From the human T2T-CHM13v2.0 reference genome, Homo sapiens: 64,000 nt of DNA. The stretch is from the NCBI RefSeq assembly GCF_009914755.1, contig NC_060930.1; one strand, written 5' to 3'. This document shows, piece by piece, positions 22,346 to 34,413 of the stretch (positions are counted from its first letter, which is position 1; each line of letters starts with the position of its first letter). The notes below the pieces were generated by a model. The model saw only the letters and a program-made list of their open reading frames with translations, did no database searches and had not been told where the DNA came from. A program made the translations under genes and the position numbers.

Positions 22346-24369
22346 GCTTCTGAGGAGCTGCATTGAGAGTGACCTGTCTCACCTGGGAGACGGGTGTGTT
22401 GCTCTGTTCCGGAAGGCACTGGCTCTAAGCCCCCTGGCCCACCTTGTGCAGTTAGCTCTGCACAGATGCAGGAGGCCTGCACCGCCCACCCCCAGGAGGC
22501 TCCAGGGAGATGGCCTGTGTGGTTTTGCTCCCTAACTCCCTCGCTTCGGGTGTGAGTGCCAGTGGAGGTCTGAGAACTTTCAAGGTGAGCAAAGAGGACC
22601 CATTCCTACAGCAGCTAGCTCTCAGATGGCGTAAGTGGGGGAGCTGGGTGGTCAATGGCATGCTCTGGAATGTTCCGGCCTGGGAGAGCACTCTGAGGGA
22701 TGAGGGATAGGCAGTGAGCGATGATACCTCTTAAAGGGGGCTCCTCTTTGGTGGGGCCTCATCTGCTCCCCTGTTTGCTCCCATTTTAGGTGGAGGAAGG
22801 TCTAGGGACTCCCCAGCTGATGCAGGCCGGGTGCTAGTCTGCAGGGTTTCAGAACTCACAAGGAAGCGTGTCTCCAAGGGCTTGTTTGACGTTAGGGCCT
22901 CCAGCAAAGCTACAATTTAAATTGCAAGTTTAAAAACACCTCCTGCCAAGGTGCATAGGCAGCTGCCCGTCACTCTAGACGGCTGGCTTGCTTCCCTGGA
23001 GCACAAGTGTGGGCCTGGGTGGAGATTAAAATGTGCCTTCAACAAATGCCAACGCTGGCTCTGGGCTACACGAGTGGGTGAAGACAGGGACATAGCACCC
23101 TGTGCACCACACTCATCAGGGTCAATACGGCACAGCCAGGCCTCCAGCAAAGACAGCCATGCAGTGTGCATGCATGGGACCATCACAGACTCACAGGCAA
23201 CATTCCCCCTGGCCCAATGGCAGGGGAGCTTGTACCTCCTTGCGGCTGCTTGGCCCTGGGCTGGTGTCTCGCCTCTGGCTTCTTCTAGGTGTGAGAAGTG
23301 ACCTCCCTCTGTAATTTCTTCATCTATGAAATGGCTCCTCCAGAAGGTTGATTAAAAGATGCAGTGGTGGCTGCACAGCTGCGGTCAACCCATCGGCTCT
23401 CTCGTCAGCAGTTTCTTTCCGGGGTGCCTCCTGGGCATTTTGACACAATGGGATTTTCATTTGTCATAAAACCTTAGTCCCTAAAAACACAGGGAGGCCC
23501 TCAGAGGATTGGAAATGTCAGCAAGGCCACATCGTACAGCTGATGTGCAGTGACCATGCCCGGGGCCTCACAGTGGGAGAGGGCACTTCCCATGGTGACA
23601 AAAGCAAAGGGTCCCCAGGGATGGCTAGAGGGGCCCTGGGCACACGCCATCCATGCAGACTCCGTGTGGAGCCTGGGGATCCCGGCCTTGGCGGTGCTGG
23701 GGGGCTCTTTTGATCCCTTTATTCCCAGAGACAGCTGCCTGGTGTCTGAGAGCCCGGAAGAAGGCAGAGGGTGACTGGAAGACCAGCCAGAAGCACTAGA
23801 TGAAACCGAGGGGTGTGGCGGGAACAGGAGGTTCTCGAGGAGCGTGAGCTCCCATTAGGACGCCTGCAAGAGCCGAAGTCTCAGAACCATCATCCCCAGC
23901 AGTGACCCTGCCTCTGGCCTCCAAGCGCCCGGCTGAGCCCGTCTGCTGGAGAAGGGACGCTCCTCTAAGCAGCAGCCCAGGGGCATCCCCGGCTTGGGAT
24001 TCACAGGCGCTTTACCCCCAGGGTGGGGCAAAATGGGGAAACTCTCCACAGAGAGGGTGGCATGGGGGGCTGAGTCCGGGGGAATCTAGGCCCCCTCCCT
24101 GGTCCCACTTGCTCTGAGATGAAAATGCAGGAATAGTAGGTGGGTGGTTTTCCAGGTGCAATGTGAGTGCAGAGGCTGCTGGAACAAGCTTTGCCTGCAG
24201 CAGATGTCAGGCCTAGGGAAGCTGGTGTTTGCCACTCAGCCCATGCCCCATTTATAATCCTCGCTTCTCAGAGAGAAACGCAGGAGGACAGTGTGGGAGG
24301 ACGGTGCATATTGACGAGCAGCAGTGGGAACAAAGGGGAGGAGAAGCAGGGTTGGAGCACAGCTGCTGA

Positions 24370-25240
24370 GCGCGAGTGCTGGTGGTCTAGGCTGGCGGCC
24401 GGCGGCGGTGTGCTCCGAGCCTGTCCAGCTGAGCCCTGTCCAGCTGAGCCCTGTCCAGCTGAGCCGTCTCCCGCTTGGCGCCCCCAGGCAGTCAGACTTC
24501 CCACACCTGAAGGAAACTAGGTGGAAGCGACTTGGCCTCTCCGGCCCCGCCTAGGCCTCGGAGGTCAGGTGGCCTCACCTCCCCTGCGGGCACCGGCCAG
24601 CTGCTAAGGCCTGTCCACGAGGAGAGCGGGGTGTGGGACACAGACTTCGCCTCTCAGTGGGAAGCGTGTTCCGACTCTGCCACGTGCCTCTTACTTTAGA
24701 AAAGTGAATCCATCATTGTTCCAGTTACCTTGGGCTGCACTCTAACCGCCACCAAGTGCCACGGCTTCAACACGGTTCATTAATTGCCAGCGTGTGTGTG
24801 GCTGGTCTGGCCACAGCGGCCGGTTTTCGCTCGAGGTCCTTCATGTGGTTGCCGTCAGATGGTCAGATGGCGGCCGGGGCCGGGGCTGGGGTCGCTGGAC
24901 ACTTGACCCAGCTGGAGGCCTACGGGGAGGCCTTGGTTGGAGTGTCTGAGGCCTCAGCTGGGCCCCTGCCTCCGCGCGCCTGACCAGCACTTTCTCCTCC
25001 TTTGCCTGGACGTCCTCACGCCTGGTGGTTTCCGCACATGGGCTCCCCCGAAGACAGCGTTCCAGAGGCCGGGCAGGGCCTCTCATGTCTTCATCTCCAA
25101 AGCTATTTTTGCTGCATTCTTTTTGTCAAAAAGCCAAATGAGGGGGGTGGCACAAGGGCACCGATTCCACAGAGCGGGGGCACTGAGGGCCGGCCACCAC
25201 GGGGGTCAGGGGTGGCTGAGGGCCGGCCACCACGCAGGTC
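24370..25240. promoter_or_regulatory. CpG-enriched, GC-rich non-repeat segment; candidate promoter/enhancer
   Basis: Clusters such as ggcggccggcggcgg, gcggccggttttcgctcga, ctccgcgcgcc; GC box ggccccgcct at 24543-24552; no transcript evidence. Confidence 0.35.
24421..24465. repeat. Perfect 15-bp tandem repeat x3 (ctgtccagctgagcc)
   Basis: Three identical units. Confidence 0.97.
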
Positions 25241-27589
25241 AGCTTTACAATCCAACCGTTAGTGGTCATCAGTTATTTGTGATGCGTGGTTAAGTGTCGC
25301 AGGAGTTGAAAGAACAGCTACCCTGGAAAATACCGAGGAGCAAATTCCTGGGCTTCATTTCCAGGTGGCCCCAGCTCTGGCTGAGGAAGCTGATCGTCGA
25401 GGCGGTGCCCCTGTCTGCCTCTGATGGAGAGAAGGGGTCTCTGTCTCTCTCTCTCTCTGAGAGTGAAGGAGAGCTCGCCCAGGCACCACCAGCAGGCTGC
25501 GGGCAGGGTCCTTCTCTCCCCAGAGACAGGTGCGAAGAGACTGTCTCTCCCTTTCCTCTTGAACGTCAGGCTTTGATGACTTTAACCTGGAGTTCTGAGG
25601 AGCAGGGGTTGGCCACTCTCCTTGATGGAGGCCTCTGGGTGTCTGTCGCAGTCCCCGTGCTGAGCTCTGGTCTCTGCTCCCTCCCTGCGTCGATGATGCC
25701 AAAAGTCCCAGAGCCAGGACAGGCAGCCAGGCCCTGGCTGGTCTGACTCCAGCTCTCTGGCTGCTGCCCCCTCACACCATGCACGAACCTGACCCAGGCA
25801 GGCATGCCTGGGCTGACCAATGAGATCGGATGGGACGCATGTGAGGGTTTGCCTCAGAAACTTGCGAGGCCAGAGACCCAGGAGATGGCCTCTCCCAAAG
25901 CACCTGGCTCAGGAAATGTGGACATATTGGCGGCTGAGTGTGGGGGGGCACACGGTCGGCCACGAGAAGACCACTGGTTGGCAACCCTGACAGCATTGAC
26001 GCCAGGGGCCGTCCCGGCTGGGACCATCTGGTGACGTGGCTGCGATCAGCCTTCCCTGAAGGAAACCATCCACCGGCACCTGCCAAGGCCTGTGAGGTGG
26101 GGGTATGTACAGCCCCCAGACCCTGGCATTTCTTCCCAGTTCTTATCTGGCCATCTGTGTGCTCACAGCAGTTAGCGACAAGGGCCATGATTAACTGGGC
26201 TCCACAGCAGGCTCAGGTGTTTCAACTTCAAAGACTTCAAAGACCCGAAGCAATTAACCCCCAGGTCAGCATCTGAGCTGGGGGAGAGGCAGGCGGGGGC
26301 CTGTCCTGCCTGTGCTGGGGCAGCAGGGAATTGGCGGGAACTTCTGCACGTTGGGCCTCACACTGCAGCTTGGAGCCTCCCCAGGGCTTCCTACCGTCTT
26401 TCATTTATTCATCAGGCAGTGAGTGAGCACCTGTAATGCTCCCCTGTGCTGGGGAAGTGAAGGTGATTCCCTCAGGGTCCCGTCCCTTCCTGTGGGGAGT
26501 TCATCTCCTCAGCAGCAGCACGGTGCTGGAGGAGCTCCAGGGCGCAGGGGAGGTGCGGAGCAGCGGTGGGAGCTAGCAGGGCTGTGCCTGTGAGAAGAGC
26601 AGCACCTGACCGGGTGCCAGCAGCTGTGCCATGCTCCCTATAGACATAGCATCATGCCTTGTCCGTGGGAGACATGCACCCTTGTCTAACCATAGCCCCA
26701 CCCTCCTCAAAGGAGACCTGCTGAGATGTTGTGGCTGGAGGGAGCACAGGAGGCAGCTCTCACAGGAGGCCAGAGCCCAGCTCAGGACCTGTGTCCTGGC
26801 TCCAAAGCTCATCTCCAGGTCGACCCCATGTGCCTTTCACCCAATCTTCCCAGTTGCTCCTACAGCACCCTCCCTAACCCCCACCGTCTCACACCCCTGG
26901 GCCTGTCCCTGCCACTTCTTTTTCTTCACTGCCCCTCCTGTGAGCAATGAACTCCTACACATCCTTTAAAACCCAGCCCAAACATCCCCTTCTGTGAGCC
27001 TTCCTGCCCTGCTTCTCCACCTGTGCTCCGGGCCCATCATGCTGCCTGGGAGCTGCTCTGCTGATTGCCTGCCTCCTGTGATCGTAAGCTCCCGGGTCAG
27101 GACCGAGGTCTCACACTGTGCCCGGCTCGTACTCGACGCTCCCGCCACCATTTCACAGCAAAGGCGTTTAAATGGAAAGGAGGCTCATGGAAGTGGCTCA
27201 CGGAGTGCAGGCATCAGGGCAGAGCGGGGAGGAGCTCTGGGTCTCCAGGTGGAGGCGAAGCTTGGTTCCTTCTGCAAGCAGGAGGGTGGGATCTTCTGGG
27301 GCAGCTGAGACAGGTGTGTTTTGGGGAGGAGCCGATGGTCAGCAAGTGGGAAGGTAACCAGAGGTCACATAGATGTGGACAGAGAGGCTTCTGCTGTAAT
27401 GAGAAGGTCACTGTGACCTTGATAGCAGCGGGTTCAGGTGGGCAGGGGGCTGAGGCCAGGAGTGGGTTGGGGAAGAGTTTGGAGGAGAGAAGTTAGGAGA
27501 TTCCTGTGTCCGAGGAAGGGATAGTTGTCTGCCCTGTCTCTCTGCCTGCCTTGCTCCTGCTGCTCTCCTCCCTGCCTGCTAAGCTCCGG

Positions 27590-27885
27590 CCGCACTGGCC
27601 TCTGTCTGGCTCTCCCATCCCCCCACCTGGAAAGCCTTCTTCCTGCCTCCTTCTCAGCCAGCTGATCTGAGTCCCCAGGTCTGCAGTTCAGGTCACCTGG
27701 CTGCTGGAGGAGGGCCCACTCAGTGTCCTTGACCCTGCATCCTGTCTCCTAGAACTGACCACAGCTGGAGTTACCTGTGGGCTGTCTCGCCTTCCCCAGT
27801 GGTGGGCACCAGGGCTGTTCTGCTCACGGTAACCCCATTGCCAAAGCTGCCTGGCATACAGCAGGCACTCAGTAAAGATGCATGA
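27590..27885 (+). mobile_element. Decayed L2 3' region
   Basis: Ends in tgcctggcatacagcaggcactcagtaaagatg, the L2 tail. Confidence 0.6.
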
Positions 27886-29097
27886 GGGATACAGGATTCT
27901 GTAGCAGGAGTTGGCTGTTGGTGGCTCAGCTTCTTTTCCTGTAAGATGCAAACTCGTTTCCTGTGTCTTCCTGGGAATTTCTCCTTTCAAGGCTGGAAGG
28001 GAACAGGGACCTTCACCTCAAGCTGCGCTGGGATCCTAAGGTTTGACCTCAGTGCTTTTGCATCACAGAGGGCGACTTTGCACCTTCCGCCTGGAACTGC
28101 TGTCCCCACTCGGGGCTGTAGGCACTCCCCAGAATTGGGCTTCCTGTTGAGGAGAAACAGCACGTCTGTGTTTTCCAGTCGTGGCTGATCCCCGTAAGAT
28201 CAGCGCGTCCATCCCATGGGCTGCACCGTTTCATCCGGCTTTGCGGCTGTTTCTCAAACTTCAACGCCGGGACTCAGGGCTTGGGAACAAGCTGGGAGGA
28301 TTTGCTGAAAGCTGCACAGTATGAATCACCCCTTGCCTGCCTCAGAGACATTGGAGCCGCCTGGTGATAAGACGACTGGTGGGATGCGAGGCGATCGGAC
28401 GCCTGCCCAGGCCGCAGGTGCAATGCGGCGCACATCAGGGTGCCGGTCACGTCGCCTGTCTGGCGGCCCCTGTGCCCGGTCCTGTTCGTCGAATCAACTT
28501 TGCCATCTGGTGGCTGTTCGGTGCTTCTCCACTTACTGGGTTGTCCCGGAACCATTGTCTGATGCCTGAGATTCCAGGCGAGCTGGGGTCCCTTTCTGCC
28601 TTGATACGGACAGTAACTCAGGAAAAGGGACTTTAGAAGAATTAATTAAAACATTTAAAATATAACCGCTCTGATTTGCAATTGGTCTCAAAGATAAACT
28701 CTGAACGTGCCTTGTAAATACTGCATGGTCACTGAAAAAGAAGGAGTTAAAGAAGCAGCTGTGGGGTCAGATGGAGCTCACTGGCAGGGCCGTCAATCCG
28801 GCGCTGCTCACAGACTGCAGGCCGCCATCCAGCAGCTGAGTCAGGAAAGCGCAGCCCGCTGGGCCTGCCGGCAGCACCACCGTCCGGAGCTGGCTAGGAA
28901 GCCAAAGGCTCAGGGCCCCCCTGACCCGCTGGATAAGCCTGCAGATGCCTACACGCAACTAAGAGAGGGTCAGGTCTGCAGGCCAAGCTGTTCTTCTGAC
29001 TCAGATACCCAGACCTGGAGGCAGCGCGGGAAGAAGGCTGTGGAACCCAAGCTGCAGTTTCATTTTCCGCAGGAAGAGTAATTTTCCAATAATAATT

Positions 29098-29145
29098 GCC
29101 TGGGTGACATAGCAAGACCCTGTGTCAAAAAAAAAAAAAAAAAAA
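29098..29145 (+). mobile_element. Isolated Alu 3' tip with A-tail
   Basis: gcctgggtgacatagcaagaccctgtgtc plus poly-A. Confidence 0.88.
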
Positions 29146-30542
29146 GGAACCAAATCTCAACTGTGTAGAACAGCTTCTGCTGGCAAACTCTAACCTGCAC
29201 ACTCTCATCTGATAGTGAATACTGGGAAAGCCTGTCTAGGGTCCAGTGGACGTTATTGCTGGGGACACGTGCTCATGTCCTCAGGCAGAGCGGATGAACC
29301 TGCAATGGTGACTCTCTGTTTCACATGTTCACTGTGCTGTCGGAGCTGTCCCCTGCTGACCTGCTGGTTCTCAGCTCTGCTTCCTGCACCAGCATCCGTG
29401 AAGGAGTCCACTGCATGTTCCTCCTGGCTACTCAGAGCTGGAGTCCCTGAAGGCATGGCCTCCTCCCGGTGTCACAGCCCTGCTGGCTGCCCCTGGGTCC
29501 ATGAAGCCCTTGCTGGCCGCTGAGTATCACGTGCCTGGAGAACTCAGTGACACGTTGAGGTCTCAGACCAGATGCCCCTGAACCAGTAGGCATTGGGTGG
29601 AAATCCAGCCCCCATCTGTCCTCTGGACACATGGCTGGGATGCTAAGCAAAGAGGGGTGAAGGTGACACAAAGTCCCATCCTAGAAAATGCCCTGAACCC
29701 TGGAAAGTGTGGTGGAGCACAGCCTCAGGTACCTCTCTAGGGTGTCACAGGGGCCGAGCCCCTCAACCGGACACTCTCCTCTCTTCCTGCACACTCTGGA
29801 CAGAGGCCAATGTGCAGCTGTGTCCCCACGAGGCTCTGGGACGTGGGATGTGGACCAAGTGAGGGGTGGACACTGCAGCTGCTGGTACGTGGACCGAGTG
29901 AGGGATGCATATTGCAGCCACTGGGTTGAGGCCACAGGGATTGGAGAAGTGTCTGCACCTGCAGGGCTGATCTGCACGTGTTCTCTCCACACTTCCCAGG
30001 ACCCAGGAGCACCCAGGGGAGGGCTTTGCAGCTGCTGGGGATAGGGCAGGTGCATTTCTAATGATTGCTGTTCACACGATCGTGTTTGTTCCTAAACACT
30101 GGCAAAGCCTGGAGAAGTTTGGGTTAGGCGAGAACCCAAATTGGTTTACAGACTGCTTTTAACCAGAGGCCGGCCGTGGCCTTGGTGCGAGGTCCTGCAG
30201 CTGTGCTCCCCCAGCCAGAAGCAGTCCCTGCAAGAATGGTCACATCCTCCATTCCTCACCTCCCGACGAGGCAAGTGAAATCCCTACAGAAAGGAGAGCA
30301 GGGGAGGCAGGAGGGTGTGCAGGAGGGTGTGCAGGAGGGTGTGCATGCTGGCGCAGAAGAGGAGCCCTGTGGCGGGTGATTGGAAGGAGGTGCTCCAGCG
30401 TGGACGTCCAGTCGTCAGATGCAGCCACTTGGTGGTCAGGCAGGCCCCATCAGTCCCTGTGATGACCGTGCAGCCCCCTGCTGGGCCTGATCTCAGGGCT
30501 GGAGCCTGAGAGTCCCTGCTTCTCTGACTTTGGGCCAGAACA

Positions 30543-30720
30543 GTGAGTGGGTCAAGCCCGCCCAGCCTGGGTGTGTATGTACAGGACTCGGGGGTGCAGG
30601 GGTGAGTGGGTCAAGCCCGCCCAGCCTGGGTGTACGTACGGGACTCAGGGGTGCAGGGGTGAGTGGGTCAAGCCTGACCCAGCCTGGGTGTATGTACAGG
30701 ACTCGGGGATGCAGGGGTGG
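30543..30720. repeat. Minisatellite, 3 copies of a 57-59 bp unit
   Basis: gtgagtgggtcaagcc...cagcctgggtgt...ggactc..ggg.tgcagggg starting at 30543, 30602, 30659. Confidence 0.96.
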
Positions 30721-30771
30721 GAGTCATACAGGGTTGGGTGTGAGGGAAGTGAAGTAAGTGAAGTAAGTGAT

Positions 30772-31460
<689 letters not shown>

Positions 31461-31649
31461 TGTGTGAGCAAGGAAGACCCAAGCTTCCCTTGAAATCCCT
31501 GTGGTGTTACAACTTTATTTTAGGGGAGGTTTATGACCCTGGAGAGCAGGTGGCAGGCCCTGAGTACAGCTTGGCGATTGGGACTGAGTGAGTGACGCAC
31601 TTCTCCTTCACAGACCAGTCTCTCCCACACAAGGCCACATCCTGGGCAC

Positions 31650-32400
31650 CACTCAAGTCAGCACGTCAAAGAGACACCTGTACTCCCCCGTTCACCACAG
31701 CACCACTCACAAAGGCCAAGACACGAAATCAACCCAAATGTCCAACACTGGAGGAGTGGGCAGAGATAATGTGGTGGATATGTATAGACAAGAGAATACT
31801 ACTCAGCCGTAAAAAGACTCCACTCCTGTCATCTGAAGCAGCACGATGAACAAGAAGGACATTGCATCATGTGAAATAATCTAGGTACAGAAAGACAAAT
31901 ACCACATGATCTGACTCACATGCGCAAGCTAAAAAGTTGTTCTCATGGAAGTGGAGAGTAGAAGAGTGGTTGCCAGAGCATGGGGAAGGTTGCAGGGAGT
32001 GGGGACGGTGGTGGGGAGGGTTGCAGGGAGTGGGGACGGTGGTGGGGAGGGTTGCAGGGAGTGGGGATGGTGAGAGATAGAAGAGTGGTTACCAGAGTGT
32101 GGGGAGGGTTGTAGGGAGTGGGGGTGGTGAGAGATTAGCAAGGGCATAGAACTACAGTTAGGAGGAATAAGTTCTGATGTCACGTGACGGGATGGCTAAA
32201 GTTAACAACAGTGTACATTTCAAAATAGAAGAGAGGGTTTTGAATGTTCTCATCATAAAGAAATGATACATGTTTAAGATAATGGGTATGCTGATTACCC
32301 TGATTTGATCATTGTACAATGTATACATGTACCAAAATACCATGTTATGTCCTATAAATATGCAAAATTATTACGTCAGTTATCACAAAAATTAAAAAAT
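31650..32400 (+). mobile_element. L1MA-type 3' end
   Basis: cagaaagacaaataccacatgatct...gattaccctgatttgatcattgtacaatgtatacatgta...aaaaattaaaaaa. Confidence 0.88.
31988..32125. repeat. G-rich 31-bp tandem repeat inside the L1MA
   Basis: ggttgcagggagtggggacggtggtggggag in ~3 copies, plus a larger duplication of gagag.tagaagagtggtt.ccagag. Confidence 0.9.
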
Positions 32401-32422
32401 TGTGTATCTCTCAATCTAAATA

Positions 32423-32766
32423 CAGTCAGGAGTCACTTCATAATGGGGATATGCTCTGAGAAATGAATCATTAGGCAATTTTGTCTTTGTGGGAAGACCA
32501 TGGAGTGCGCTTACACAAACCTGGGAGGCCCAGCCCCCCTCTATACACCTAGGCTGTCCGGTACAGCCCATTGCTCCCAGGCCACATACTTGTGCAGGGT
32601 GTGGCTGCTCAACACTGTAGACAACTGTAACACAACGGTAAGTACTTGTGTATCTAAACGCATCTGAACATAGGAAAGGGACCGTAAAATGCGGAGTATC
32701 ATCTTACGGGACCGCCATTTTAAATGCAGTCCATACGCCACCAAAACAGGAGGTGGCACCTGACTG
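32423..32766 (+). mobile_element. Tigger3a (TcMar-Tigger MITE)
   Basis: TA|cagtca...tgactg|TA; internal cttacacaaacc...acacctaggct...tgtgtatctaaac. Confidence 0.88.
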
Positions 32767-33538
32767 TATTGCTTTAACAATTTCACTGACAATTCCATTG
32801 CTACTGCTTCAACAGAGCACCGTTTCTCTATGATAATTAGCAAAATCCATCTAGAAATACAATGGTTCCATAAATGCTGTCTAATTTGTCGTTACTCTCA
32901 ATGGAACACAGATTGTGTGAACATCTTAATTACAGCAACTGAATTAGTATTTGTTGAAAGAAAGGCAAGAAAGAGTATAGAATAAATATATAATTATTAT
33001 GTTTATCTGCCCCCATGTTTATCCAAATATCACCAACTGCTCAACAAAATATTCAGATTTGTGCTATAATAACTAAATTTAGTCATTTTTGATATTTTAT
33101 CAACATTTTAATTATATGAAACCTATATCTTTAAATACTTTTTAAAAATGTTGTTATTATAAAGGTTCATCTGTCAAGATTTTGAAAGGAGAGAGTGCGG
33201 CTCATTTGTTTTTCTTTTCATAACCTCTAACTCTTTACAACTGTGGCTTGTGACCTTACGGAAACCTTGTCTGAGACACGCCCCTCCTAACCCTTCATGC
33301 AGCTGGACTGAAACTTTCATGACAGAGCTTGGGCTGCTTACTCCCTTGTAACACATATTTCGATGTCTTCCCAACTTCAGGATTGCACCTGAGCTCTGTG
33401 ATGTGCCCGTTTGCTGGTCGGGCACCTGAGCTCTGTGATGTGCCCATCTGCTTCTCTAAAAGACATGGACTTTTTCTTGTACAAACAAATTGCTATGATC
33501 ACACCTGGTAACATTATCAATTCTTTTATATCTAGTAA

Positions 33539-33884
<346 letters not shown>

Positions 33885-33931
33885 TGATGAACTAAAAGTG
33901 TCTTTTAACAATTGTATTCAGTTTTTAAACT

Positions 33932-34413
33932 TGATGCTGAGAAAGAACAAAAGCAGCTGGAAGCACCCAGGAGCTGCCCCGGAGCTCCCAGCTGAACCTG
34001 CTGCTTTGGTGGATGGGCAGAGGCTCACAGAAACCCATGTGAGGCCCGGCCACTCGGCAACCCACAGACATCAAATGCTCCTCTCTGATTAAATGAGTGC
34101 TGGCTCCAGTCTTACCCTTACTCCACTCTGCCCTCCTTAGGAGGAGGTTCACTGGCCCCCCCAACTCATAGACTTGCCTCCACTTCCTGACAGCACCTAA
34201 CCTAGCGGGGAAGGGCCTCATCTTCCTGAGACCCTCCCCAAATTACTCCAGCAAAGTCCCATCCTGTGACAGGTTATTTCTAACACCCTTTCACTGAGAC
34301 ACTCCCACCCCCAACCAGTGAGAGGTCACCCTTCCTGCAGGAAGTAATAAACTCATTTTTCAACCACAGTGTGTTCCACACATCTTTGGCTGAAAACTGT
34401 CTGGATGTTGACA
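33932..34413 (+). mobile_element. ERV1 solo LTR (MER67/MER31-like)
   Basis: agaacaaaagcagc...ggagctg...ttctaacaccctttcactgagac...aataaa...gtgtgttcc...tctttggctg...ttgaca. Confidence 0.65.
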
